From an uncultured Mariniphaga sp. (GTDB taxonomy: Bacteria; Bacteroidota; Bacteroidia; Bacteroidales; Prolixibacteraceae): a stretch of 32,876 nucleotides of DNA. The notes beneath the pieces are model-generated. The model saw nothing but the letters and a program-made list of their open reading frames with translations, was not told where the DNA came from and searched no databases. The DNA is taken from contig CAYRBS010000002.1 of NCBI GenBank assembly GCA_964422335.1, positions 6,118-38,993 of the forward strand, written 5' to 3'. The translations under genes and the position numbers were made by a program. This document shows positions 1 to 8,927 of this stretch, piece after piece (the stretch's first letter is position 1; the number at the start of each line of letters is the position of its first letter).

Positions 1-3
1 TTT

Positions 4-1212
4 TTAAAACATGATGCCAACCCCTGCATTGAATATTTTTGAATATCCGTTATCGGGTGCTGACTTCAGGAATTGCATGTCTGTTTTTAACAGGGCTCCC
101 CGGGCCATTTCCCATTCCAGTCCGAGGGTAATTGCCTTTTTGTCGTAGGCAGGATTGACTGCCTGGCCCTGTTCCATAGTGTTCTGTGTGTTCCATGCTT
201 CATAGCGGGCAAAAGGAACTAACTCCGACTGAACATTGGATAAATTCCTGAAAACATTGTAGGCTGCCTCCACATAATACCCTGTCATGGAGCTGCCCAG
301 GTCGTTGGGCTCTCCCGGTTGCGGAGCGGTAAACAGGTTATATTGTGCAGAGTTATTAATACCTGTGTAATAGAATTGCCCGGTTAATTCGAGCCCTTTT
401 ATCGAATAGCGCCCATCGAGGCCAAACATGGAGATACCCACAACCGATGAGTCGGCCCTGGCAATCGCGGCCTGGTCGCTTTTTTCAAGTCCGTTGTATA
501 AGGTGCTTTGCGTGTTTCCAAGGTAAGTTGACAGGCCGATATTCAATCCCCTTAGCCCAAAATATTCAATTTTTCCGGCAAAATTAGGTGAACTGATGAT
601 ACTTTTTGCACCTTTTTGCCTGCCACTTCTTATTCCACCGCCGTTCAACAGGGGGCCGTTGTCGTAACCTTTAAATCCGTTCATCAGGTAAGCCTGGTAT
701 TTTAATGATGCGGGCATAATATATCCCATAAAACCAGCCCCAATTTCGCGCCATGTGGTAGGCGAAATGTGTTTGTCAATCAGCGGCCTTTCAACTCCCC
801 TGAACATGTTGGGTTCGTGGTATTCGTTGACGATTCCCATGGGAGTCAGGAGAAGGCCGGCCCTGAAATTCACGGAGTTGTTGATTTTATATTGCAGAAA
901 GGCTTGTTCGATATACACCTCTTTTACATGTTCAAATTCAATTTCGGAAATAAACTGGGTGCGGCTGTTAAAACTGTAGCCGAGGAGCATTATGAAACGG
1001 TGGACGTCCATGATTCCGTTTTGTTTCAAGTCAGCATCGAGGGGTTGGTTGTAATGAACACCCCCGTATCCGCCTATCTTCAGGTTCCCTTCGGTTTGCA
1101 GAAGTCGTTCGGCCACATTTAAGTAAAGATTTCCGGGAAGGCTGTCGGTGGTTTGTGCATTGATCACCGTCGCCCATATCATAAAAAGTGCAAATAATAC
1201 ATTTTTTTTCAT
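4..1212 (-). CDS. Putative outer-membrane beta-barrel porin
   Basis: 402-aa ORF with a signal peptide (MKKNVLFALFMIWATVINA|Q). It is rich in Gly, Tyr and Asn with an alternating beta-strand pattern, and ends ...NAGVGIMF, a C-terminal Phe typical of OMPs. I did not recognise a specific family. Confidence 0.55.
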   Translation of the reverse strand: MKKNVLFALFMIWATVINAQTTDSLPGNLYLNVAERLLQTEGNLKIGGYGGVHYNQPLDADLKQNGIMDVHRFIMLLGYSFNSRTQFISEIEFEHVKEVYIEQAFLQYKINNSVNFRAGLLLTPMGIVNEYHEPNMFRGVERPLIDKHISPTTWREIGAGFMGYIMPASLKYQAYLMNGFKGYDNGPLLNGGGIRSGRQKGAKSIISSPNFAGKIEYFGLRGLNIGLSTYLGNTQSTLYNGLEKSDQAAIARADSSVVGISMFGLDGRYSIKGLELTGQFYYTGINNSAQYNLFTAPQPGEPNDLGSSMTGYYVEAAYNVFRNLSNVQSELVPFARYEAWNTQNTMEQGQAVNPAYDKKAITLGLEWEMARGALLKTDMQFLKSAPDNGYSKIFNAGVGIMF

Positions 1213-1286
1213 TTCGAATTTTTTATTGATGAATCCATTAAATATTTATTATCGGGGGCAAAGCTACAGGATAGGCAACTCCTGTG

Positions 1287-1308
1287 AAATCCCAAGAAGT
1301 TGGGATTT
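1287..1308 (-). terminator. Stem-loop 4 nt downstream of the LuxR-type gene stop; possible terminator or processing site
   Basis: AAATCCCAA / TTGGGATTT forms a 9-bp perfect stem with a 4-nt loop. No clear U-run follows on the minus strand, so its function is uncertain. Confidence 0.3.
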
Positions 1309-1311
1309 ATT

Positions 1312-1914
1312 TCAGAAAAGGTCTTCGGGATTGATGGAATCGGTATCGATGAGGTTGTTCAGAATGGCATAAACCGTTAATCCTGAAATGGATTTAATTC
1401 CGGTTTTTTCGGTGATGTTTTTTCGGTGGGAAATAACTGTGTGGATACTTATGAAAAGCTTTTCGGCAATTACTTTATTTGAAAAACCCTGGGCAACCAG
1501 GCGCAGTACATCCCTTTCGCGGGGTGTAAGCTCTTCGCTGTCGGTAGGTTTGGCCTGAAATTTTTTAATTTTCCAGCACTTTGAAATCATTTCCTGGATT
1601 TGAATTCCCGGAGTTTCAGCGTGGATAGAAAAGTCGCACAACCTGGCATCGTTTGTCTCATCCGGGTAGTGGTTGGTAAAAGTGATTATTTTTAGCTGAT
1701 TGTTTTTTTTGAATGGGTTAACAGCCTGTGGGATTAGTGCTGTTTTTCCTTCAATAATAAATATAAGGTTTTGGTCATTGGTTTCGTGAAATGCCCTTAA
1801 TTCCTCCACCCGTTCCAATTGAATAATTTCAATGTTGAAATAATTGCGCAATATAGTTGACAACCCTTTGCGGATTATTTCAGAAGAGTGTATTATGAAG
1901 ATTTTCCTGTTCAT
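1312..1914 (-). CDS. LuxR-family transcriptional regulator with a degenerate (aspartate-less) receiver-like N-terminal domain
   Basis: The C-terminal LuxR/GerE HTH is LTPRERDVLRLVAQGFSNKVIAEKLFISIHTVISHRKNITEKTGI. The N-terminal half has receiver-like topology. The acidic pair is replaced (IFIIHSSE) and the phospho-acceptor position reads LIFIIEGK, with Glu in place of Asp. Its start overlaps the upstream gene by 4 nt (ATGA). Confidence 0.8.
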   Translation of the reverse strand: MNRKIFIIHSSEIIRKGLSTILRNYFNIEIIQLERVEELRAFHETNDQNLIFIIEGKTALIPQAVNPFKKNNQLKIITFTNHYPDETNDARLCDFSIHAETPGIQIQEMISKCWKIKKFQAKPTDSEELTPRERDVLRLVAQGFSNKVIAEKLFISIHTVISHRKNITEKTGIKSISGLTVYAILNNLIDTDSINPEDLF

Positions 1915-2606
1915 CTTCCCAGTTTTATTTCAATGTCTGTTGTAAGAGGCAGAAGAATTTTGTCTTCAATCCGGGCATGGTCTTTAATGTCTTTTTCGAA
2001 CCTGAAAAGGGTGATTATAAATTCATTACAAATGTTTTCATCGTAGTCGGGTGTAATGTATTTGATAAGCAGGTTTTTCAGGTCGTTTAGCTTGTCATCC
2101 ACATTGGTGTGTTCTTTTTCGAACGAACGGATGGTATAATCTTTATTTAGTTTATTGTTTTTCACCAGTTCCAAAACATAAGGAAACACATGTTCTTCTT
2201 CGTAATCGATGTGCTGCGAAAGTTCTTTTTTATACTTTTTATAAAAAGCATCCACCATTTGAAGGCCTTTGTAATTGCTTTCGCTGCTCGAAATCAATAA
2301 TTCGAGCAAACGGTCGAGCTTGGGAACAACATAGTGTATATAGTAGGTGTGGGTTTTTTTCAGGTAATCAATAATTTCCACCGGGGAAAAAGAAAGCAGT
2401 TCGTTTTCGGGGAAAAATGTTTCATTGTGGTACGTATTCACAATGGCCAGGAAAAAACTTGTGTTGATCCCTTTTTCTTTGCAAACGGTTTCAATGTTTT
2501 TGTCCCGAATACCCAGTTTTATGCCAAACCTGTTCAGTACAGGCAGCAGGTCATAATTGTGCGTAATAAGATGAAAAACTTTATGTTCTCTTGTGAATAT
2601 CTCCAT
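1911..2606 (-). CDS. RIC/YtfE/ScdA-like hemerythrin-domain (di-iron) protein, lacking the N-terminal CCGG motif
   Basis: Four helix segments align by eye with E. coli YtfE: EIIDYLKKTHTYYIHYVVPKL, ELSQHIDYEEEHVFPYV, FEKEHTNVDDKLNDLK and IKDHARIEDKILLPL. The His/Glu metal ligands are conserved. The ScdA_N-like N-terminus reads FGIKLGIRDKNI where YtfE has a CCGG motif. Confidence 0.7.
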   Translation of the reverse strand: MEIFTREHKVFHLITHNYDLLPVLNRFGIKLGIRDKNIETVCKEKGINTSFFLAIVNTYHNETFFPENELLSFSPVEIIDYLKKTHTYYIHYVVPKLDRLLELLISSSESNYKGLQMVDAFYKKYKKELSQHIDYEEEHVFPYVLELVKNNKLNKDYTIRSFEKEHTNVDDKLNDLKNLLIKYITPDYDENICNEFIITLFRFEKDIKDHARIEDKILLPLTTDIEIKLGR

Positions 2607-2627
2607 GGTTGTTGACTTTTAGTTTAT

Positions 2628-3518
2628 TCAGCAATCTGTTTCGCATGATTTTTCAAGGTCTCTTTTTTCAATTTGAAAAGTGGTATGTCCAATGCCAAAA
2701 TGATGTTTTAATTTATTTTGTAACTCTGTAATAAAACTGTCTTCGTTTCCCCGGGGCATCACCAGGTGGGCGGTAAGTGCCACCTGGGTGGTACTCATTG
2801 CCCAAATGTGCAGGTCGTGCAAACCTTCCACGCCTTTTTGCGCTTCAATAAACCGGCGGACTTTTTCAACTTCGATGTTTTTGGGGACTGCATCCAGCGC
2901 AAGGTTGACCGAATCGGAGAAAAGCCGCCAGGTTCCCCACAAAATTACGGCAATTATTATGAAACTCATCACCGGGTCGATCCAGAGTTTGCCGGTAAGC
3001 AAAATGAGGAGCCCGGCCAGCACCACCCCCAGCGAAACCCCGGCATCGGCGGCCATGTGAAGAAAGGCGCCCTTAATGTTCAGATCATCTTTTTGTCCTT
3101 TTACAAAAAGTAGCGCCGTGAATGTGTTAATAATTACTCCAACCCCGGCCACTATCATTATTTGTTTTCCACCCACATGCCCGGGATTTTGCAGCTTCCC
3201 TACGGCATCCCAGCCAATGGCAATTACAGCGCCAAACAGCAGCAGGGCATTCAGAATGGAAACAAGTATGGTTGTTTTTCGGAGGCCGTAGGTGTATTTC
3301 CCTTTCGGTTTTATGGTAGCCAGCCAGGCTGCAGTCCAGGCAAATGCCAGCCCCAGTACATCGCTCGCATTGTGCCCCGCATCGGCCAGCAGTGCCGATG
3401 AATTGGCCATCAGCCCGAAAATAACCTCCACTGCTACAAAGGCAATATTCAGGCTGATTCCCAGGGCAAAAGCTTTTTTGTGGGTTGTGCTTACTTTATG
3501 TCCGTTCGATCCTCCCAT
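2628..3518 (-). CDS. Cation diffusion facilitator (CDF) family divalent-metal efflux transporter, CzcD/ZitB-like
   Basis: 296 aa with six predicted TM helices. The TM2 motif is HNASDVLGL and the TM5 motif is HMAADAGVSLG (an HD-HD metal site). The C-terminal cytoplasmic domain contains LHDLHIW, and the tail is His/Cys-containing. Confidence 0.9.
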   Translation of the reverse strand: MGGSNGHKVSTTHKKAFALGISLNIAFVAVEVIFGLMANSSALLADAGHNASDVLGLAFAWTAAWLATIKPKGKYTYGLRKTTILVSILNALLLFGAVIAIGWDAVGKLQNPGHVGGKQIMIVAGVGVIINTFTALLFVKGQKDDLNIKGAFLHMAADAGVSLGVVLAGLLILLTGKLWIDPVMSFIIIAVILWGTWRLFSDSVNLALDAVPKNIEVEKVRRFIEAQKGVEGLHDLHIWAMSTTQVALTAHLVMPRGNEDSFITELQNKLKHHFGIGHTTFQIEKRDLEKSCETDC

Positions 3519-3762
3519 TTATTCCTGTCGTTCTTTTCAGCAAATTTCAAAATAAATACTTTTTAATCTGTTATGGCACTTTTTGTAACATGAAATTGTA
3601 TTAACGGGTTATTTTTAACAAAAATAAAGTATAATCTGTTTTTTATACTGCCTGAGTGGCTTCTTTCGTATATTATTTTTGAAAATCGATTTTTACTCCC
3701 CGGGTTAAAATTTTTTGCCAATTTTACAGTTGATTTAAATTCATAAGAAATTAATTCAGCAT

Positions 3763-4881
3763 TTGAAAACACTGTCTAAAAAACGAATCATTGTTTCGGT
3801 AACCAACGACCTGGTTTCCGATAACCGGGTGCACAAAGTTTGTTCTACTCTTACCGACATGGGGTTTGATGTATTGCTGGCCGGCAGAAAATTACCAGGC
3901 AGCCCGGTGTTGGCCAACCGCAGTTACCGCACCAAACGTTTCAGGTTACTTTTTAATAAGGGACCCTTGTTTTATGCCTGTTATAATTTTCGATTATTGT
4001 GTTTTCTTCTTTTTTCCAAATTTGAATTGCTGTTATCCAACGACCTTGACACACTGCCTGCCAACTTTGTAGCTTCCAAAATAAAAAAGAAGCCACTCGT
4101 TTACGACAGCCATGAGTATTTCACCGAAGTTCCTGAATTAATAAACCGCCCGGTGGTAAAAAGAATTTGGGAATGGCTGGAGCAAAAAATGGTACCGAAA
4201 CTGGAACATGCCTACACGGTTTGCGAGTCTGTTGCCCGGATTTATACTGAAAAATACGGAGTCCGGTTTCGCGTGGTGCGGAACGTCCCGTTGGCTTTTA
4301 AGGCTGAACAGGGGAGGACAGGGATTGAAAATTTTTCCGGAAAGGTAATTCTGTACCAGGGAGCGGTCAATACAGGACGCGGGCTGGAGCAAGCCATCCG
4401 GGCGATGAAGTTTATGGAAGGGGCACGGTTGGTAATTGCCGGCCATGGTGACCTTCGGGAAAAAATGGAGGAGCTGGTGAAAGAAGCAGGCGTTGAAAAC
4501 AGCGTGCAGTTTCTGGGGCGGCTCCCCATAGAAGATTTGGTTCGGTTAACGCCCCGCGCCCACATGGGACTTTCCATAGAAGAAGACAGGGGATTAAATT
4601 ACCACTATACATTACCTAATAAATTGTTCGATTATATTCAGGCACAAGTACCGGTTCTGGTGACTGATTTGCCGGAAATGGCTGCGGTTGTGAGGAAATA
4701 CAATGTCGGGGAAATTACAGATTCGCTGGAACCCCAAAAGTTGGCTCAAAAATTTAAAACGGTTCTTTTTGATGAAAATAAAAGAAAGGTATGGTGCAAA
4801 AACCTGAAAAAGGCCGCCCGTGAACTTATATGGGAAAACGAAGAAAAAACACTGAAAGAAATTTATTTTCCGTTCCTGTGA
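3763..4881 (+). CDS. Glycosyltransferase, GT-B fold (GT4/group 1-like)
   Basis: 372 aa. The C-terminal region GLSIEEDRGLNYHYTLPNKLFDYIQAQVPVLV resembles the E-x7-E region of group 1 glycosyltransferases. The start is a TTG with no nearby in-frame ATG, so the start is uncertain. Confidence 0.75.
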   Translation: MKTLSKKRIIVSVTNDLVSDNRVHKVCSTLTDMGFDVLLAGRKLPGSPVLANRSYRTKRFRLLFNKGPLFYACYNFRLLCFLLFSKFELLLSNDLDTLPANFVASKIKKKPLVYDSHEYFTEVPELINRPVVKRIWEWLEQKMVPKLEHAYTVCESVARIYTEKYGVRFRVVRNVPLAFKAEQGRTGIENFSGKVILYQGAVNTGRGLEQAIRAMKFMEGARLVIAGHGDLREKMEELVKEAGVENSVQFLGRLPIEDLVRLTPRAHMGLSIEEDRGLNYHYTLPNKLFDYIQAQVPVLVTDLPEMAAVVRKYNVGEITDSLEPQKLAQKFKTVLFDENKRKVWCKNLKKAARELIWENEEKTLKEIYFPFL

Positions 4882-4906
4882 ATGGCAGAATAATTTCAAA
4901 AAAAAT

Positions 4907-5629
4907 CTACTGATCATCCTCCAGCAAGCTTTCAAAATCGAGTAATGTGCTGCCGGCAGCCGAGTCGGTAATTTGCCGGTTGGCACACACCAGTGTACGG
5001 GCCGGTTTATTAGCCATTACCGTATAATCGTGTGTTGCCATTATCACTGTTTTTCCTTCTTTGTTTAACTGAATAAACAAGTCAAGTATTTCTTCGGAAG
5101 TTTCCGGGTCGAGGTTTCCGGTAGGTTCATCAGCAAGCACTATCAGCGGGTGGTTTAATATTGCCCGGGAAATTACCACACGTTGTTGTTCGCCTCCACT
5201 TAACTGGTGGGGCATTTTCAGTTTTTTTCCGGCCATCCCGGTGCGGTGGAGCACTTCTTCAATCCGTTGACCAATTTCCTCTTTGTTTTTCCACCCGGTA
5301 GCTTTTAAAACAAAAGCCAGGTTCTCAAAAATATTACGGTCGGGGAGCAGCCTGAAATCCTGAAAAACCACCCCCAGTTTCCGGCGCAACTGTGCCACAT
5401 CCCGGTGTTTTATTCCCGGCAGCTGAAATCCTGCAACCATTCCCTGGCCTTCAACCAATGGCAGTTCCGCATTCAGCGTTTTGATCAGGCTTGATTTTCC
5501 GGTTCCCACTTTTCCCACAATATAAACAAACTCCCCGCTTTCAACGGATAAATGTACATCCGGAAGAATCAATTCTTCGCGTTGGTATATGTCTGCCCCT
5601 TTCAGCTCTATCACAATATTTTTAGCCAT
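4907..5629 (-). CDS. ftsE: Cell-division ABC transporter ATP-binding protein FtsE
   Basis: Walker A is GKVGTGKSS, the signature is LSGGEQQR and Walker B is VLADEPTGNLD. Length and order are typical of FtsE. I prefer the ATG at 5629 (MAKNIVIELKG...). The ORF is open up to a TTG at 5650. Confidence 0.8.
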   Translation of the reverse strand: MAKNIVIELKGADIYQREELILPDVHLSVESGEFVYIVGKVGTGKSSLIKTLNAELPLVEGQGMVAGFQLPGIKHRDVAQLRRKLGVVFQDFRLLPDRNIFENLAFVLKATGWKNKEEIGQRIEEVLHRTGMAGKKLKMPHQLSGGEQQRVVISRAILNHPLIVLADEPTGNLDPETSEEILDLFIQLNKEGKTVIMATHDYTVMANKPARTLVCANRQITDSAAGSTLLDFESLLEDDQ

Positions 5630-5854
5630 ATAAATCGAATTGCGCATCAATATAAATCTATTTTTTTTACTCCTTCATATAATAAACAAAAGAAATAAAC
5701 AGTTTCTTGTTAAGAAAAATCAATGTTTCAGAGAAATCTTAATAAAGATAATGCCTACTTTAGGAATTTGTAAAAGGGTGCCATCCTGGTAAGCCGGTAT
5801 TTTTTTTTCGGCGGGCAGCGTTGGTTTTCAGATAAAAAAAGAAACAATGAAAGC

Positions 5855-8800
5855 ATGAAGACAATACAGTTAATTTTATTTCTTCCACTGTTGATTTTCG
5901 TTCATTCAGCCGTTCACGCACAACAAACTGAATATTACAGCGATGTTGGAAGTGAAATCCAGCTGGCGAAAGATCTTTTCCGGCAACGTAAATACAATGC
6001 CGCTTACCGGCAGTTTGAGAAGGTTCAGAACAAGGTTGGTGAGAAATCGGAGATTTACTCGGAGGCCGTTTATTTTAAGTCGGTTTCTGCCTTAAATGCC
6101 GGGCACACTTCGGGTTACCGAATGCTTGAAAAATTTATTTCCGATCATCCCGAAAGCCCTTACATTAACCACGCCTGGTACAATCTGGGTGACTATCAGT
6201 TTGGTAAAAATCTTCATGGAGCGGTAATCCGCAGTTTCAGCCAGGTAGATCGTTCGGCTCTTTCTGAATTTGAACGTGTAAAACTGCAATATCAAAATGG
6301 TTATTCCAATCTGATGATGGATAACACCGAACAGGCCCTCACCGAATTTTACGATATAAAAGACAGGAATAATTTATACAGCCGTCCTGCCACTTACTAC
6401 TGGGCGCATATTATGTACCTGCGCGAAAATTACCAGTCGGCGCTGGAGGGTTTTTCAAAACTTGACAACGATCCCACTTATTCGCGGGTTATTCCGCTTT
6501 ATGTAAGCCACATTTATTATAAGCAGGAAAAATACAGTGATGTAGTAGATTACACTGTTCCCTTGCTCGAAGAGGTGGATGAGGAGCACAAAGCCGAACT
6601 TTCAAAAATTGTGGGCGACTCTTATTTTCACATGCGCGAATACGGTGATGCCATTCCTTACCTGGAAACTTATTACGAAACACCCGGGTTAAAAACCCGC
6701 GAAGACAATTACCTGCTCGGGTTTTGCTATTATAACGAGGGCATGTATGATAAAGCGGTGCCCCTGTTTGAAAATGCATCGAAGGGGAAGGATGAAATGG
6801 CTCAAAACGCATACTACCACCTGGCTGATAGTTACATTCGGCTCGATGAAAAGGAAAAGGCGCGGGTGGCTTTCGAGGCGGCTTCGGAATTCGATTTTAA
6901 TGAAAGAATCAAAGAAGACGCACTTTTTAGTTATGCCAAACTTACGTATGAATTATCTTATTCTCCTTTTAACGAAACAATCAAGGCGTTCGACAGGTAT
7001 ATTTCGCTGTATCCCAATTCCGAACGGAATTCAGAAGCTTACAGGTATTTAACCGAGGTTTTTATGGTAACCCGCAATTACCGCGATGCTATCAGTTCCA
7101 TTGAAAAAATAGAAGTGAAATCGTCGGAAATACTAAGGGCATACCAGCGGGTGACGTTTTACCGCGGGCTCGAACTGTTTAATAACCTTGCTTACAACCA
7201 GGCCATCGACCTGTTCGATCTTTCGTTGGAGAATGGCAGTCACAGCAGGGAAATAAATGCCCGTGCGCTTTACTGGAAAGCCGAAGCGCTTTTCAGGGTG
7301 GGGGATTATCGCAATTCCCAGGATGTTTATTCCCGGTTTTTGCGTACAGCAGGCTCTTTTTCGCTTCCTGAGTACAAGGATGCAGAATATAACCTGGCTT
7401 ATGCTTATTATAAACAGGAAAATTATTCCGAGGCCGCATCCCACTTCAGGAGTTATATTAATTCAATGGAAGGTGAACGTACCGAAAAACTGGCCGATGC
7501 ATACAACCGGCTGGGAGATTTGTACTTTTTGCAAACAGACTACAACCTGGCAATACAAAATTACCGGACGGCTTACGATATGAAAATATTTGAGCCTGAT
7601 TACGCGCTTTTCCAGATGGCATTTTGCCAGGGGTTGCAGCGGGATCAACGCGGAAAAATTAATTCGCTGGAACGTTTGCTGGCCGGATTTTCCGATTCAG
7701 ATTATATTGACAATGCCTATTATGAAATTGGCCGTGCCTATGAACGCCTGGGGAATAACACCGAGGCTTTAAGAAATTACCGGGAAATTGCTGATAATTA
7801 CCAGGAAAGCAGTCTTTACAGGAAGGCTAAGTTGCAAATGGGGCTTATATACTATAACAACGGTGACCTGGAAGAAGCACTGGCCCATTACAAAGATGTT
7901 GTTGAGAATTTCAAGGGTACTTCTGAGGCGCGGTCAGCGCTGCAGGGGATTCGGAACAGTTATGTGGAGATGAATAACGTGGATGCCTATTTCGAGTATG
8001 CCAACAACGTGGGGGAGGGTGCAAATGTTACGGATTCGGAACAGGATTCATTGACCTATCAGGCCGCCGAACGACTTTATATGTCGGGCGACGATCAGGC
8101 AGCCAGGCAGCTGCAACGATATCTGGAACAATTTCCCAACGGAAGTTTTACCACCAATGCAAATTTTTACCTTGCCGAATTACTTTATAAAGAAGGTAAT
8201 TTTTCAGAGGCAAATGAATACTATACCAGGGTAGCCAGTCAGCCCGGGAATATTTTCACCGAACAAGCACTCTCACGCGCATCGGAACTTACATTTAATG
8301 CCGGCGATTACGAACAAGCGCTTGGGTTGTTCAACCGGCTGGAAAAGGCGGCAAACAGCAGCTGGAATTCACTGAAAGCGAATACCGGCCAAATGAGGTG
8401 CAATTTTGAACTCAAGCAATATGCCGATGCGATTGAGGCTGCCGGGAAAGTCAAAAAATCAGATGTGGTGAACGATGCCTGGATGAGAGAGGCCAATTTT
8501 ATCATTGGGAAATCTTATTATTTACAGGAAAATTATGACAATGCACTGGAGCCCCTGAAAGCCGTTGCCGCCGATACCAAACATGAACAGGGCGCCGAAG
8601 CAAAATTTCTTGTTTCTGAAATTTTGTACCGGAACAATCAAAAAGATCAGGCCGAAGAGGAAATTATGGGTTTTATATCACAGGGCACACCTTTCCAGTT
8701 TTGGCTTGGGAAATCGTTTCTCCTGCTGGCGGATATTTACCTCGACAGGGGCGATGATTTTCAGGCAAAACATACCCTGCGAAGCGTTGTGGAAAATTAT

Positions 8801-8926
8801 GGGAGCGAAAATGACGGGGTTAAAAACGAGGCTTCACGAAAACTGGAAGAAATTGAGGCCGGCGAGCAAATGGACCAGCAACGGGCGGTTGACAGTTCGT
8901 TTCAATTAAAATTTAACGATAATTAA
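5855..8926 (+). CDS. Large exported tetratricopeptide-repeat (TPR) protein
   Basis: 1023 aa with signal peptide ...FVHSAVHA|QQ and no lipobox Cys. A 34-residue-type A/Y/L periodicity recurs along the whole length, for example YNLGDYQFGKN, YWKAEALFRVGDY and YEIGRAYERLGNNTEAL. Confidence 0.85.
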   Translation: MKTIQLILFLPLLIFVHSAVHAQQTEYYSDVGSEIQLAKDLFRQRKYNAAYRQFEKVQNKVGEKSEIYSEAVYFKSVSALNAGHTSGYRMLEKFISDHPESPYINHAWYNLGDYQFGKNLHGAVIRSFSQVDRSALSEFERVKLQYQNGYSNLMMDNTEQALTEFYDIKDRNNLYSRPATYYWAHIMYLRENYQSALEGFSKLDNDPTYSRVIPLYVSHIYYKQEKYSDVVDYTVPLLEEVDEEHKAELSKIVGDSYFHMREYGDAIPYLETYYETPGLKTREDNYLLGFCYYNEGMYDKAVPLFENASKGKDEMAQNAYYHLADSYIRLDEKEKARVAFEAASEFDFNERIKEDALFSYAKLTYELSYSPFNETIKAFDRYISLYPNSERNSEAYRYLTEVFMVTRNYRDAISSIEKIEVKSSEILRAYQRVTFYRGLELFNNLAYNQAIDLFDLSLENGSHSREINARALYWKAEALFRVGDYRNSQDVYSRFLRTAGSFSLPEYKDAEYNLAYAYYKQENYSEAASHFRSYINSMEGERTEKLADAYNRLGDLYFLQTDYNLAIQNYRTAYDMKIFEPDYALFQMAFCQGLQRDQRGKINSLERLLAGFSDSDYIDNAYYEIGRAYERLGNNTEALRNYREIADNYQESSLYRKAKLQMGLIYYNNGDLEEALAHYKDVVENFKGTSEARSALQGIRNSYVEMNNVDAYFEYANNVGEGANVTDSEQDSLTYQAAERLYMSGDDQAARQLQRYLEQFPNGSFTTNANFYLAELLYKEGNFSEANEYYTRVASQPGNIFTEQALSRASELTFNAGDYEQALGLFNRLEKAANSSWNSLKANTGQMRCNFELKQYADAIEAAGKVKKSDVVNDAWMREANFIIGKSYYLQENYDNALEPLKAVAADTKHEQGAEAKFLVSEILYRNNQKDQAEEEIMGFISQGTPFQFWLGKSFLLLADIYLDRGDDFQAKHTLRSVVENYGSENDGVKNEASRKLEEIEAGEQMDQQRAVDSSFQLKFNDN

Positions 8927-8927
8927 A

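Noticed and set aside
3504-3512. GTTCGATCC, a tRNA T-arm-like string.
   Set aside because: It lies inside the 5' end of the CDF coding sequence, and no acceptor or anticodon stems flank it.
3563-3772. 69-aa minus-strand ORF in the spacer between the CDF and glycosyltransferase genes.
   Set aside because: It has no recognisable motif and its composition looks like non-coding AT-rich sequence. It overlaps the glycosyltransferase start and the likely divergent promoter region.
5855-8926. The large TPR protein might be the T9SS component SprE/PorW.
   Set aside because: SprE/PorW is a lipoprotein. This protein has a type-I signal peptide with no lipobox cysteine, and no other T9SS genes are adjacent.
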